DNA of 31,500 nucleotides from Pseudomonadota bacterium (lineage in GTDB: Bacteria > UBA10199 > 2-02-FULL-44-16 > JAAZCA01), in assembly GCA_043822785.1 (NCBI GenBank), contig JBDRBN010000108.1, forward strand, positions 1 through 31,500, in the 5' to 3' direction. This document shows positions 8,743 to 16,411 of the stretch, in pieces. Position 1 is the stretch's first letter; each line of letters begins with the position of its first letter. The position numbers and the translations under genes were made by a program. The notes beneath the pieces were generated by a model. The model searched no databases. It saw only the letters and a program-made list of their open reading frames with translations, and was not told the origin of the DNA.

Positions 8743-9330
8743 ATGTCTTTTATAAATGAAAACACAAAAGAGATTAATTGTAAGGTTGTCTACTATGGCC
8801 CTCCTCTGAGCGGCAAGTCCACAACTCTTAGGCATCTCTACAGCGAAGTGAAGAAAGGTAGCAAAGGTGAGATGATATCTCTCTCGCAAAATGACGACAG
8901 AACTCTCTACTTTGACTTTGTGCCCTTAAACCTTGGCAAGATCGGAAATTATACAGTAAGGCTTCATCTCTACACCGTGCCTGGCGAAGTTGGGTACGAA
9001 CAGAGCCGCACCCTGATCTCAAAGGGTGTCGATGGCGTGGTCTTCATTGCAGATTCACAACTTGCGCGCATGGAGTCTAACATCGAAAGCCTCGAAAACC
9101 TAAAAAATATGCTAAGACTAGAAGGCCTTGAGTGGAATGATGTACCTTGCGTTTTTCAATATAACAAGCGCGACCTGCCTGGCACAGTTCCAGCAAAAGA
9201 ACTAGCTGCGCACCTCAACAAAGATGGACGTGAGGATTTTGAGACCGTAGCTATAACAGGTCAAGGCGTGTTCGACGCGTTTAAGGCCATAAGCAAACAG
9301 GTGCTAAAGGAACTAACGGCTAACAGCTGA
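8743..9330 (+). CDS. mglA: MglA-family Ras-like small GTPase (divergent; no adjacent mglB)
   Basis: MSFIN...EINCKVVYYGP..SGKST, DRTLYFDF, LYTVPGE, GVDGVVFIADSQ, QYNKRDLP; 195 aa. Confidence 0.88.
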   Translation: MSFINENTKEINCKVVYYGPPLSGKSTTLRHLYSEVKKGSKGEMISLSQNDDRTLYFDFVPLNLGKIGNYTVRLHLYTVPGEVGYEQSRTLISKGVDGVVFIADSQLARMESNIESLENLKNMLRLEGLEWNDVPCVFQYNKRDLPGTVPAKELAAHLNKDGREDFETVAITGQGVFDAFKAISKQVLKELTANS

Positions 9331-9400
9331 CAGCCAACAGCACACACCATAAGCCGTAAGTAAGCATAGCGAACGAGCCGTATGCTGTAAGCCGTAAGCC
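9313..9400. repeat. Degenerate 7-mer tandem arrays spanning the mglA stop
   Basis: CTAACGG CTAACAG CTGACAG CCAACAG, then several (C/T)GTAAGC-type units. Confidence 0.65.
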
Positions 9401-9418
9401 AATAAAAAGGGGGAAAAG

Positions 9419-9733
9419 ATGAAACGAATTTTGTTAAGTCTATTTGCAGTAGTGTTTATGACATCCACAATGCTCGCTGTTACCACAGGCAACGCCAAAG
9501 CCCATAAATATTACAAATATCACCACAAGCCGCCTGCTCATGCATGGGTTGTTCCTCCTGCAGCGGGCAAATCCACATGGTGTAAAAAGAATCCCAAAAA
9601 ATGTTACAATCGCGGCAAGCATGACCCAAAGATCAACACCAGTTGGGAACACTGCGTTGACAAAAAAGCCAATGGCGATGGATATGTTTCGAAGTGGGAG
9701 ATAAAGCAGTTTGGGTCAACTTGTAACCCATGA
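9419..9733 (+). CDS. Small secreted basic His/Lys-rich protein, 4 Cys
   Basis: Sec signal (MKR + hydrophobic stretch + AKA). AAGGGGG RBS. Followed by a terminator. Confidence 0.75.
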   Translation: MKRILLSLFAVVFMTSTMLAVTTGNAKAHKYYKYHHKPPAHAWVVPPAAGKSTWCKKNPKKCYNRGKHDPKINTSWEHCVDKKANGDGYVSKWEIKQFGSTCNP

Positions 9734-9752
9734 TGCATGTATCGCTGTTACT

Positions 9753-9783
9753 AAAAAGGGCGGCTCATTTGAGCTGCCCTTTT
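9753..9783. terminator. Bidirectional intrinsic terminator
   Basis: AAAAA GGGCGGCTC ATTT GAGCTGCCC TTTT between convergent genes. Confidence 0.8.
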
Positions 9784-9784
9784 G

Positions 9785-10708
9785 CTATTCGCTAAAGGCC
9801 GCACAAATCTTCTTGAGCCGTTCATACTCAGCATTAACGCGCTCTTGGATTTTAGAAATATCCTCTTCGGTCAAGTGACGAAATCTCCCTTGGGTCTTTA
9901 AGTAATCAGCAACAGGGGTGAGTTCCTTCTGTACCTGCATCTTCCAAACCCCGTTTTCCACCTCATAGAGAGGAAAGACGCCGGATTTGACTGCGAGCCT
10001 GGCCTGCTCCATGGCAGTGTCAGTAGCAGAGCGCCAGCCAGTAGGACAAGTGGATAGAATATGTAGATAAGCTGGTCCTTCAATGGCCATCGCCTTCTGC
10101 ACCTTTTTCATCAGATCAACCGGATGCGAAGGCGAAGCAGTTGCTACATACGGAATCCGATGCGCCACCGCAATCTCGGGCACATTCTTCTTCCAGGTCT
10201 GCTGACCAATGCTCTTTGAACCAGCAGGCTTAGTGGTCGTGGAAGCTCCAAAAGGTGTAGCGCCCGACCTCTGGATGCCTGTATTCATGTAGGCTTCGTT
10301 GTCATAGCACACATACAAGACATTATGGTTGCGCTCCATCATGCCCGAGAGGGCCTGGATACCAATATCAGCTGTGCCGCCGTCACCAGCCATGGCCACC
10401 ACCTTGACCGGCTGATCAGAAGGATACCTGCCCTTTCTCTTCATCACCTTATAAGCTGTCTCAATGCCAGAGGCGACTGCTGAGTTATTCTCGAACAAAG
10501 TGTGGATCCAAGGAATCTCCCAGGACGTCACCGGATAGCACGATGAAATGATCTCCAGGCATCCGGTGGCGTTTACAACGATGGTATTTCGGCCAAGCAC
10601 CTTACACACCAAACGAACCGCGGTGGCCAGGCCGCATCCAATGCAAGCCTTGTGACCTGAGGTGAAGATCTCATCCACAGGTATGGTTTTAGCTGTTGGT
10701 ACTGCCAT
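9785..10708 (-). CDS. porB: Pyruvate/2-oxoacid:ferredoxin oxidoreductase beta subunit (TPP-binding)
   Basis: GHKACIGCG, NATGCLE, GDGGTADIG, YDNEAYMNTGIQRS, CPTGW. ATG 10708 follows GAGGAGG. Confidence 0.9.
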   Translation of the reverse strand: MAVPTAKTIPVDEIFTSGHKACIGCGLATAVRLVCKVLGRNTIVVNATGCLEIISSCYPVTSWEIPWIHTLFENNSAVASGIETAYKVMKRKGRYPSDQPVKVVAMAGDGGTADIGIQALSGMMERNHNVLYVCYDNEAYMNTGIQRSGATPFGASTTTKPAGSKSIGQQTWKKNVPEIAVAHRIPYVATASPSHPVDLMKKVQKAMAIEGPAYLHILSTCPTGWRSATDTAMEQARLAVKSGVFPLYEVENGVWKMQVQKELTPVADYLKTQGRFRHLTEEDISKIQERVNAEYERLKKICAAFSE

Positions 10709-10729
10709 GTTGTCATCCCTCCTCTGCAA

Positions 10730-11908
10730 TTATTCACGCACGCCCAACATCAGGTCCGAAGCTTCTGGCCTTACCTGAGTTGCAAGCTTTATACCTCGGT
10801 CGTACATATCGCGAAAGTGCTCTGGCCGCATATCGCGGCCGCCCAGACCTGCAATAAAACCGACGATCTGCGGACGATCAGGAACATCGTAAAGTGCTGC
10901 GCGAACCTCGCTTGCTACTGGACCGCCCGGGCCTCCGGATGAGATACAGCGATCCAAAACGATTAGTCTCTTTGCACCCTTGACCGCTTCCCTTAATTCT
11001 TCAAACGGGAAAGGCCTCCACAGGCGCAGACTGATAAGCCCAACTTTTTCGCCTGCAGCGCGCAGTTCATCAATGGTGATTTCAGCTGTTTGGCTGAAAC
11101 TACCCATGGTGAGCATAAGTGTCTCAGCACAGTCAGTTTTATATGATTCCACCGGCTTATACTTTCGACCAAAGATCTTTTCGAACTCGTCCCAGGCTTT
11201 GAGTATGGTCTTCTTTGACCCTTCGAACGCTACCTCCTGGGCCTTCTTTGCCTCTGTGTAGTATGCCGGCATGGCAAACGAACCGTGCATGAGCGGACGC
11301 CTGGGATCTAGTGCGTTTGGATATTTATTTGGCGGTAGAAAACGGTTGATATCCTTTTGATCCGGCATCTCGATCGGCTCCACCACGTGGGTTAGATGAA
11401 AGCCATCCAGATTGACCATCACAGGAAAGAGCACGTCTTTATCCTCAGCAACGCGGAAGGACCAGATGATGTGATCAAAGACTTCCTGGCCACTTACGCA
11501 GAAGACCTGTATCCAACCAGAATCGCGCACTGCCATAACATCAGAATGATCGCCCCATACTGATAGCGGAGCTGAAAGAGCACGGTTGGCTACGGCCATG
11601 ACGATAGGCAGGCGCATGGAGCTGGCTATATAAGTAACCTCATGCATAAGCTCCAGTCCCTGGCCCGCGGTGGCAGTGAAAGTACGTGCCCCAGCAGCAG
11701 CCGCCCCCAGACAGGCAGACAGGGCCGAATGTTCTGACTCCACCGTAATGGATTCTGCATCCCACTCGCCGTTGGCGATGAGTTCCGCAATTCCCTCGAC
11801 GATATGGGTCTGCGGCGTAATGGGATAGGCCGATATCACATCTACATTAGCCATTTTGACCGCTTCGCCAATAGCCAGCGAAACTTCAATTCCTATCCGT
11901 TTTGACAT
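10730..11908 (-). CDS. porA: Pyruvate/2-oxoacid:ferredoxin oxidoreductase alpha subunit
   Basis: AYPITPQT, VESEHSA, ANRALSAP, WRPFP, GLGGRD. ATG 11908 overlaps the delta-subunit TGA. Confidence 0.9.
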   Translation of the reverse strand: MSKRIGIEVSLAIGEAVKMANVDVISAYPITPQTHIVEGIAELIANGEWDAESITVESEHSALSACLGAAAAGARTFTATAGQGLELMHEVTYIASSMRLPIVMAVANRALSAPLSVWGDHSDVMAVRDSGWIQVFCVSGQEVFDHIIWSFRVAEDKDVLFPVMVNLDGFHLTHVVEPIEMPDQKDINRFLPPNKYPNALDPRRPLMHGSFAMPAYYTEAKKAQEVAFEGSKKTILKAWDEFEKIFGRKYKPVESYKTDCAETLMLTMGSFSQTAEITIDELRAAGEKVGLISLRLWRPFPFEELREAVKGAKRLIVLDRCISSGGPGGPVASEVRAALYDVPDRPQIVGFIAGLGGRDMRPEHFRDMYDRGIKLATQVRPEASDLMLGVRE

Positions 11909-12204
11909 CACAACTCCTTTTTCTCTTCGCCTTCCTTTACCATTTTGATCGCATCGACCGGGCACTCGTGCGAACAGATGCCGCAGCCTTTGCAGAAGTA
12001 GTAATTGATTTCGACTTTGCCGTCCTCCAGCCGCTTGATGGCTGCATCTGGACAATAGAGGTAGCACATGCCGCACTTGGTGCATTTCTCTTCATCGTAG
12101 ATTGGCCTCTGTGAACGCCAGTCGCCAGTTCGCGTGTTTCGCGCACTGCCTGGCTCGTCCACCAACGCCCCGGGCTTAACATCCTTCCAGGTCTTAGCCT
12201 CCAT
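11908..12204 (-). CDS. porD: Oxidoreductase delta subunit (2x[4Fe-4S] ferredoxin)
   Basis: TGDWRSQRP, CTKCGMCYLYCPD, CKGCGICSHECP. GGAG before ATG 12204. Confidence 0.9.
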   Translation of the reverse strand: MEAKTWKDVKPGALVDEPGSARNTRTGDWRSQRPIYDEEKCTKCGMCYLYCPDAAIKRLEDGKVEINYYFCKGCGICSHECPVDAIKMVKEGEEKKEL

Positions 12205-12253
12205 GATTCTCTCCGATATTATAGTTAATTTATCTAACCCCTCCGGGGCCCCA

Positions 12254-12339
12254 GAGATCCTTCGACTACGGCACATCATTTCTGCAAGAAATAACGTGCC
12301 TTCGCTCAGGATGAGGGGTCGAAACACCTCGACCCCTCA
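12254..12339 (-). repeat. Structured repeat element, copy 2, starting at the porC stop codon
   Basis: Homologous to 2983-3053. 11-bp stem 12312-12322/12329-12339 plus a 14-bp inner stem 12270-12300. Confidence 0.85.
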
Positions 12340-12885
12340 ACCTATCTGCGTTTTTTCATAGGCTTGTTTCATCGCAGTGATGTTGCGTGCAGCAATCTTT
12401 TCGTTGAACCTGTGCTTTACCGGCGCTTCAATTGTGGCAAGAGGAACGATTTCTTTGGCCTTGATCATGGCGCCGATCAGAGTGGTGTTGGTGATGGGGA
12501 CCCTTAAGGTTTCCATGGCAATGGTCAGCGCATCCACGGTGGCCACCTTGCCCTTCCAACCCACGCGCTTTCTTATCTCATCAGGAGATGCTGTGGTGTT
12601 GACTACCAAAAGCCCCCCGTTCTTAAGACCTGACACAGCGTTTGCCACTTCCAGCAGCGATTCATCCAAGACCACCACAACATCTGGTTCTAGAATCTCG
12701 GCGCGTATGCGGATGGGTTTATCAGATACGCGCAGATAGGCCTGCACCGGCGCGCCTCGCCTTTCTGGACCAAAGGCAGGCATAGACTGCGCATATTTAC
12801 CTTGTTCAATGGCAGCCAGCGCGATGAGCTCTGCCGAAGTAACCGCGCCCTGTCCGCCGCGTCCATGAAATCTGATCTCTATCAT
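12337..12885 (-). CDS. porC: Oxidoreductase gamma subunit
   Basis: [29 protein letters not shown]. Confidence 0.92.
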
Positions 12886-12975
12886 GATAGTGGTTCCAAC
12901 CTCTTGAAATATAATGGTTTAATGGTTGTGCCAGCCTGATAAACAGGCGGACCTTCGCGTTTTTACTAGGATATG

Positions 12976-13530
12976 TCAAGGGATCTTTACCCGCGCGCTT
13001 CCGTCTGTTTTCTCCTTCAGCACTTCATCAAATGTTACAAACCCTTTTGCCTTGCGATCCTTTATTCGATTTACTACCTCTTTCTTTACAAAATAAAATC
13101 CGCAATCAGCGCTTAGTGCAAATCGGGTATGGAATATCTGCTTCGGATAATACCTGCAGAGCCTGTGACGAAATGGATAGATGGAGCAAAATCCCATCTC
13201 CCCCTCGCGCTTGCGCTTAAAATATCGGCATCGATACACAAGAAAGTTTTTATAGACTCCTTCGGGCTCAAAGTTAAGCAATGCATCGTGCCAAATGTTT
13301 TCGAGGCGAATCAGCCAATCGCGCTTTGCCATAAACTTTGGCATCTCCAGTGCCAAAAGCTCGCAGCATCGGCCGCAGCGATTACATGAGCCCTTTCTCA
13401 CGTATTCTGTGCTGCGGCTTGCGCCCACCAGAAAGTCCGCACCGACTTCCATCCAGTAGGATGTAAAGCCCACCACAAAGACAGCTACGCGCAAAGGTAA
13501 AAATAAGAGGTTTCTGAGAAAATTAAGCAT
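12976..13530 (-). CDS. YkgJ-family Cys-cluster (putative Fe-S/Zn) protein
   Basis: CNRCGRCC, C.Y, CSIYPFRHRLCRYYP, CGF. Start uncertain (ATG 13530 or TTG 13539). Confidence 0.75.
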   Translation of the reverse strand: MLNFLRNLLFLPLRVAVFVVGFTSYWMEVGADFLVGASRSTEYVRKGSCNRCGRCCELLALEMPKFMAKRDWLIRLENIWHDALLNFEPEGVYKNFLVYRCRYFKRKREGEMGFCSIYPFRHRLCRYYPKQIFHTRFALSADCGFYFVKKEVVNRIKDRKAKGFVTFDEVLKEKTDGSARVKIP

Positions 13531-13540
13531 ATCTCGCAAT

Positions 13541-14176
13541 TCACATTGCAGGAAGCACTATTGCGTGTGCCTGCCTGATAAAGAAATTTTTACATTCATT
13601 CCATTCAAATGGCTCCAGCATTTCAGGTATTGGTTCTTTTTCAGCATCATCAAAATAAGTAAGGCTCTTTAGTATATGATGCGTGTTGGAGCGGCCTTCT
13701 CCATATTTCTTTGGGATGAGATTAAAGAAATCCTGCAAAAGATGGCCACGCCGTAAGATAGAATATAAATCAACAAAGTCCTTTCGACTGCCGCGACCTG
13801 ATATAGCGATGAGCTTCATAAGGGCAATGTCGCGGATATCAGCCAAAGAAAAAAATCTATAGGCTTTTGTCTCAAAGACAAACGGGTCGCTTACGCAAAA
13901 AAACGAGAGTTTGATATTCGATATGATAACACTTAGCGTTTTTTCATCTTCCTGAAGAGTCTCATAAGTTCCAAGTTGTCTCAGGGCATTGTGAATATTG
14001 CTTATGAGAAATGAGTCTTGGCGAAAAAAATCAAAGTCCTCTGACTTGCGATGGCCGATCTGTAAAGCAAGCCCGGTTCCCCCAGCCAAAACCCAGCCGT
14101 TTAAATAAGGAGATGATAATGCCTCTAATTTAGCTAATAGATCCTTGCTTCCCGTGGGAAGGGTCTTTTCGTACAT
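13541..14176 (-). CDS. AbiEii/AbiGii-family nucleotidyltransferase toxin
   Basis: LAGGTGLALQIGHRKSEDFDFF, MKL.AI..RG..KDFVDLY, KSLTYFDDAE. Confidence 0.88.
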   Translation of the reverse strand: MYEKTLPTGSKDLLAKLEALSSPYLNGWVLAGGTGLALQIGHRKSEDFDFFRQDSFLISNIHNALRQLGTYETLQEDEKTLSVIISNIKLSFFCVSDPFVFETKAYRFFSLADIRDIALMKLIAISGRGSRKDFVDLYSILRRGHLLQDFFNLIPKKYGEGRSNTHHILKSLTYFDDAEKEPIPEMLEPFEWNECKNFFIRQAHAIVLPAM

Positions 14177-14649
14177 TTAATGCCCTCCTTCTCCAATATC
14201 ATTTTCCAAAACGCCTCTGTTTTAGGCGACTGAAACCTGCTGTTTGCAACTTGCTTGAGAAAAGCCTTTTTGCCCAGCACATTGATTAACGCCTGCACAT
14301 CTTCCAAAGAGCCATATTCAATTACGCGCTCCGTTATCCAAACAGGGTAGCGCGTGAAATCGTTCTTTGTTAATTTATGATCCCAGAATAGACGCTGTAA
14401 TTTCTTAATTGCACCTGAAATCGTTTTTGGAGCTCGTACAGGTCTGTTTTCTTTAAAATCAATGTCTAACTTATAGCCTAACGATGTGGCAATTTTATTG
14501 AGGGTATATAGTTCAAACCGCTCCCAACCGCTTTCATAGCGCGAAAGAGTAGAAACAGAAGTGTTAACAAGGGATGCGAGCTTGGCAAGCGACATTCCCC
14601 GCTTAATTCTTAGATCCTTGAGTGCTTTTGATAATGAATGAATATCCAT
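14134..14649 (-). CDS. XRE-HTH antitoxin/regulator fused to an LFWD...ERV.EYG domain (DUF6922-like)
   Basis: LRIKRGMSLAKLA...STLSRYESG helix-turn-helix, C-terminal LFWDH...ERVIEYGSLED. Overlaps the toxin start by 43 bp. Confidence 0.8.
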   Translation of the reverse strand: MDIHSLSKALKDLRIKRGMSLAKLASLVNTSVSTLSRYESGWERFELYTLNKIATSLGYKLDIDFKENRPVRAPKTISGAIKKLQRLFWDHKLTKNDFTRYPVWITERVIEYGSLEDVQALINVLGKKAFLKQVANSRFQSPKTEAFWKMILEKEGIKCTKRPFPREARIY

Positions 14650-14677
14650 AATATTATTATATATGATAATAATATTA
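14649..14677. promoter_or_regulatory. Putative operator (12-bp perfect inverted repeat) abutting the antitoxin start
   Basis: TAATATTATTAT-N5-ATAATAATATTA. Confidence 0.6.
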
Positions 14678-14724
14678 ATTACAACCTCTTAATTTTATTG
14701 GATTTATTAGAATTTTAAGAAAAG

Positions 14725-14798
14725 CTCCGCTTCCGCATCCGGTAGTAATCGAGCGTAATTGTCGGGAACGGACGCGGATGCGGAAACGGAAGCGGGTA
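14725..14798. repeat. Inverted array of 6-mer repeats directly after the glgA stop
   Basis: CTCCGC TTCCGC ATCCGG ... CGGGAA CGGACG CGGATG CGGAAA CGGAAG CGGGTA. Confidence 0.75.
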
Positions 14799-14799
14799 T

Positions 14800-16257
14800 T
14801 CACCACTTTTTACCCAACATCTTCCTATACAACGCAATGTATTCCTTGGCAGAGCGGGTCCACGAGAAGTTGCATTCCATGGCATTGGCAACGAGCCTCT
14901 TCCATACGGCAGGCTTTTTATAAGCATCGAGCGCACGGTCCACAGCTGCCACCAATGCGTCTGAAGTATAATCCTCAAATTTAAAACCATTGCCCTTCTC
15001 TGTGCCCACATCAAAATCCTCGATGGAATCATCCAACCCACCGGTTGCGCGTACGATGGGGATGGTGCCGTATTTAAGACTGATCATTTGATTGAGCCCG
15101 CACGGCTCATAATGCGATGCCATGAGAAACATATCTGAGCCTGCTTCTATAAGATGGGCAAGCTTATTATCAAAGGCAAGCTCAAGGCCGATGTGATTAG
15201 GATATTGCTTGCGCACACGTGTGAGCAGATCGTGGTATTTGGCTTCGCCAGTGCCAAGTATGGCAAACTGAAATTCGCGTTTCATGAGCTTTGGCAAAGC
15301 TTCTGATAAGATATCAAAGCCTTTCTGAGATGTAAGCCTACCTACGATGCCTATGACAGGCGTATCATCATGCGGAAGTTTGTAATGTTTTCTAAGCTCG
15401 GCCTTACACTTTTCTTTGCCCTTCATATCTTTTGGCGTAAAGTTTGCTGGAATGAGCACATCTGTTTCAGGGCTCCAATCCTTGTAATCGATTCCATTGA
15501 GTATGCCGCAGAGCACACCTTTTCTTGCCAAAAGTGCTTTGTCCAGGCCCATGCCCTGTTCAGGTGTGAGTATTTCATCAGCATATTTTTTGCTAACCGT
15601 GTTTATTGCATCAGCAAATGCGATGCCGCCCTTTAAAAAATTTACCTTTCCCCAAAATTCCAGCTTATCAAACGTAAAATACTCCCAGTTAAGACCTGTA
15701 AGCGGAAATTCCTCCTTGGGAAACAGACCCTGATAGCCTAGGTTGTGTATGGTGAGTAAAACGCGCGCATTCGCAAATAGTTTCTTATCCTTGTAAATGG
15801 ATTTTAGATATACTGGCACGAGCGCAGCTTGCCAGTCGTGGACATGCACGATGTCAGGCGGAGTACCAAGCGCATTTATCAACTCGATCGCAGCGCGCGC
15901 AAAGAAGATAAAGCGCGCAGCATTGTCAGGATAATCACCCGCTGTTGTCTGATACAATTCATCACGATTAAAATAAGTGGGTTGCGAAATAAAATAAACT
16001 TTTATACCGCTTGGCATCTCGCAATAGAGCACCTCGCCCTTGATCTTCTCTTTACCCACCTCTACTTGAGCAGTCACATTTGAAAGCAGCTTAATGCCAA
16101 ACTTCTTTTTGTCGATCTTCTTTCCGTAAAAAGGTATTATGATAGAGACATCCTCGCCTGCCTCTGCCAGAGCCACTGGAAGAGTACCAACGATATCTGC
16201 AAGCCCACCTGTCTTTGCAAACGGCACAGCCTCAGATGCAATCATAACGATCTTCAT
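14800..16257 (-). CDS. glgA: Glycogen synthase (ADP-glucose, GT5)
   Basis: SEAVPFAKTGGLAD, HVHDWQ, TIHNLGYQG, EPCGLNQ, TGGLDD. Confidence 0.97.
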   Translation of the reverse strand: MKIVMIASEAVPFAKTGGLADIVGTLPVALAEAGEDVSIIIPFYGKKIDKKKFGIKLLSNVTAQVEVGKEKIKGEVLYCEMPSGIKVYFISQPTYFNRDELYQTTAGDYPDNAARFIFFARAAIELINALGTPPDIVHVHDWQAALVPVYLKSIYKDKKLFANARVLLTIHNLGYQGLFPKEEFPLTGLNWEYFTFDKLEFWGKVNFLKGGIAFADAINTVSKKYADEILTPEQGMGLDKALLARKGVLCGILNGIDYKDWSPETDVLIPANFTPKDMKGKEKCKAELRKHYKLPHDDTPVIGIVGRLTSQKGFDILSEALPKLMKREFQFAILGTGEAKYHDLLTRVRKQYPNHIGLELAFDNKLAHLIEAGSDMFLMASHYEPCGLNQMISLKYGTIPIVRATGGLDDSIEDFDVGTEKGNGFKFEDYTSDALVAAVDRALDAYKKPAVWKRLVANAMECNFSWTRSAKEYIALYRKMLGKKW

Positions 16258-16318
16258 TTATAATCTCCCTTTATGCAGAACCCATAATTCGTTCGATAAT
16301 TCTTTGCTCAACTAAATT

Positions 16319-16406
16319 GCCGGCAACGCCAGCAAGGCCAGCAACGCAAGCAACGTTACACCTTGACCACGTTTCTCGCGTGTCTCGCTGGTCTCGCCTT
16401 TCTCGC
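16319..16406. repeat. Inverted array of 9-mer repeats (4+4) between the galT-like gene and glgA
   Basis: GCCGGCAAC GCCAGCAAG GCCAGCAAC GCAAGCAAC, 16-nt spacer, GTTTCTCGC GTGTCTCGC TGGTCTCGC CTTTCTCGC. Confidence 0.9.
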
Positions 16407-16411
16407 TATAA

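Noticed and set aside
4328..16406. 9-mer arrays or the 23-bp tandem repeat as CRISPR arrays
   Set aside because: No repeat-spacer alternation with 25-40 nt unique spacers, and no cas genes in the window.
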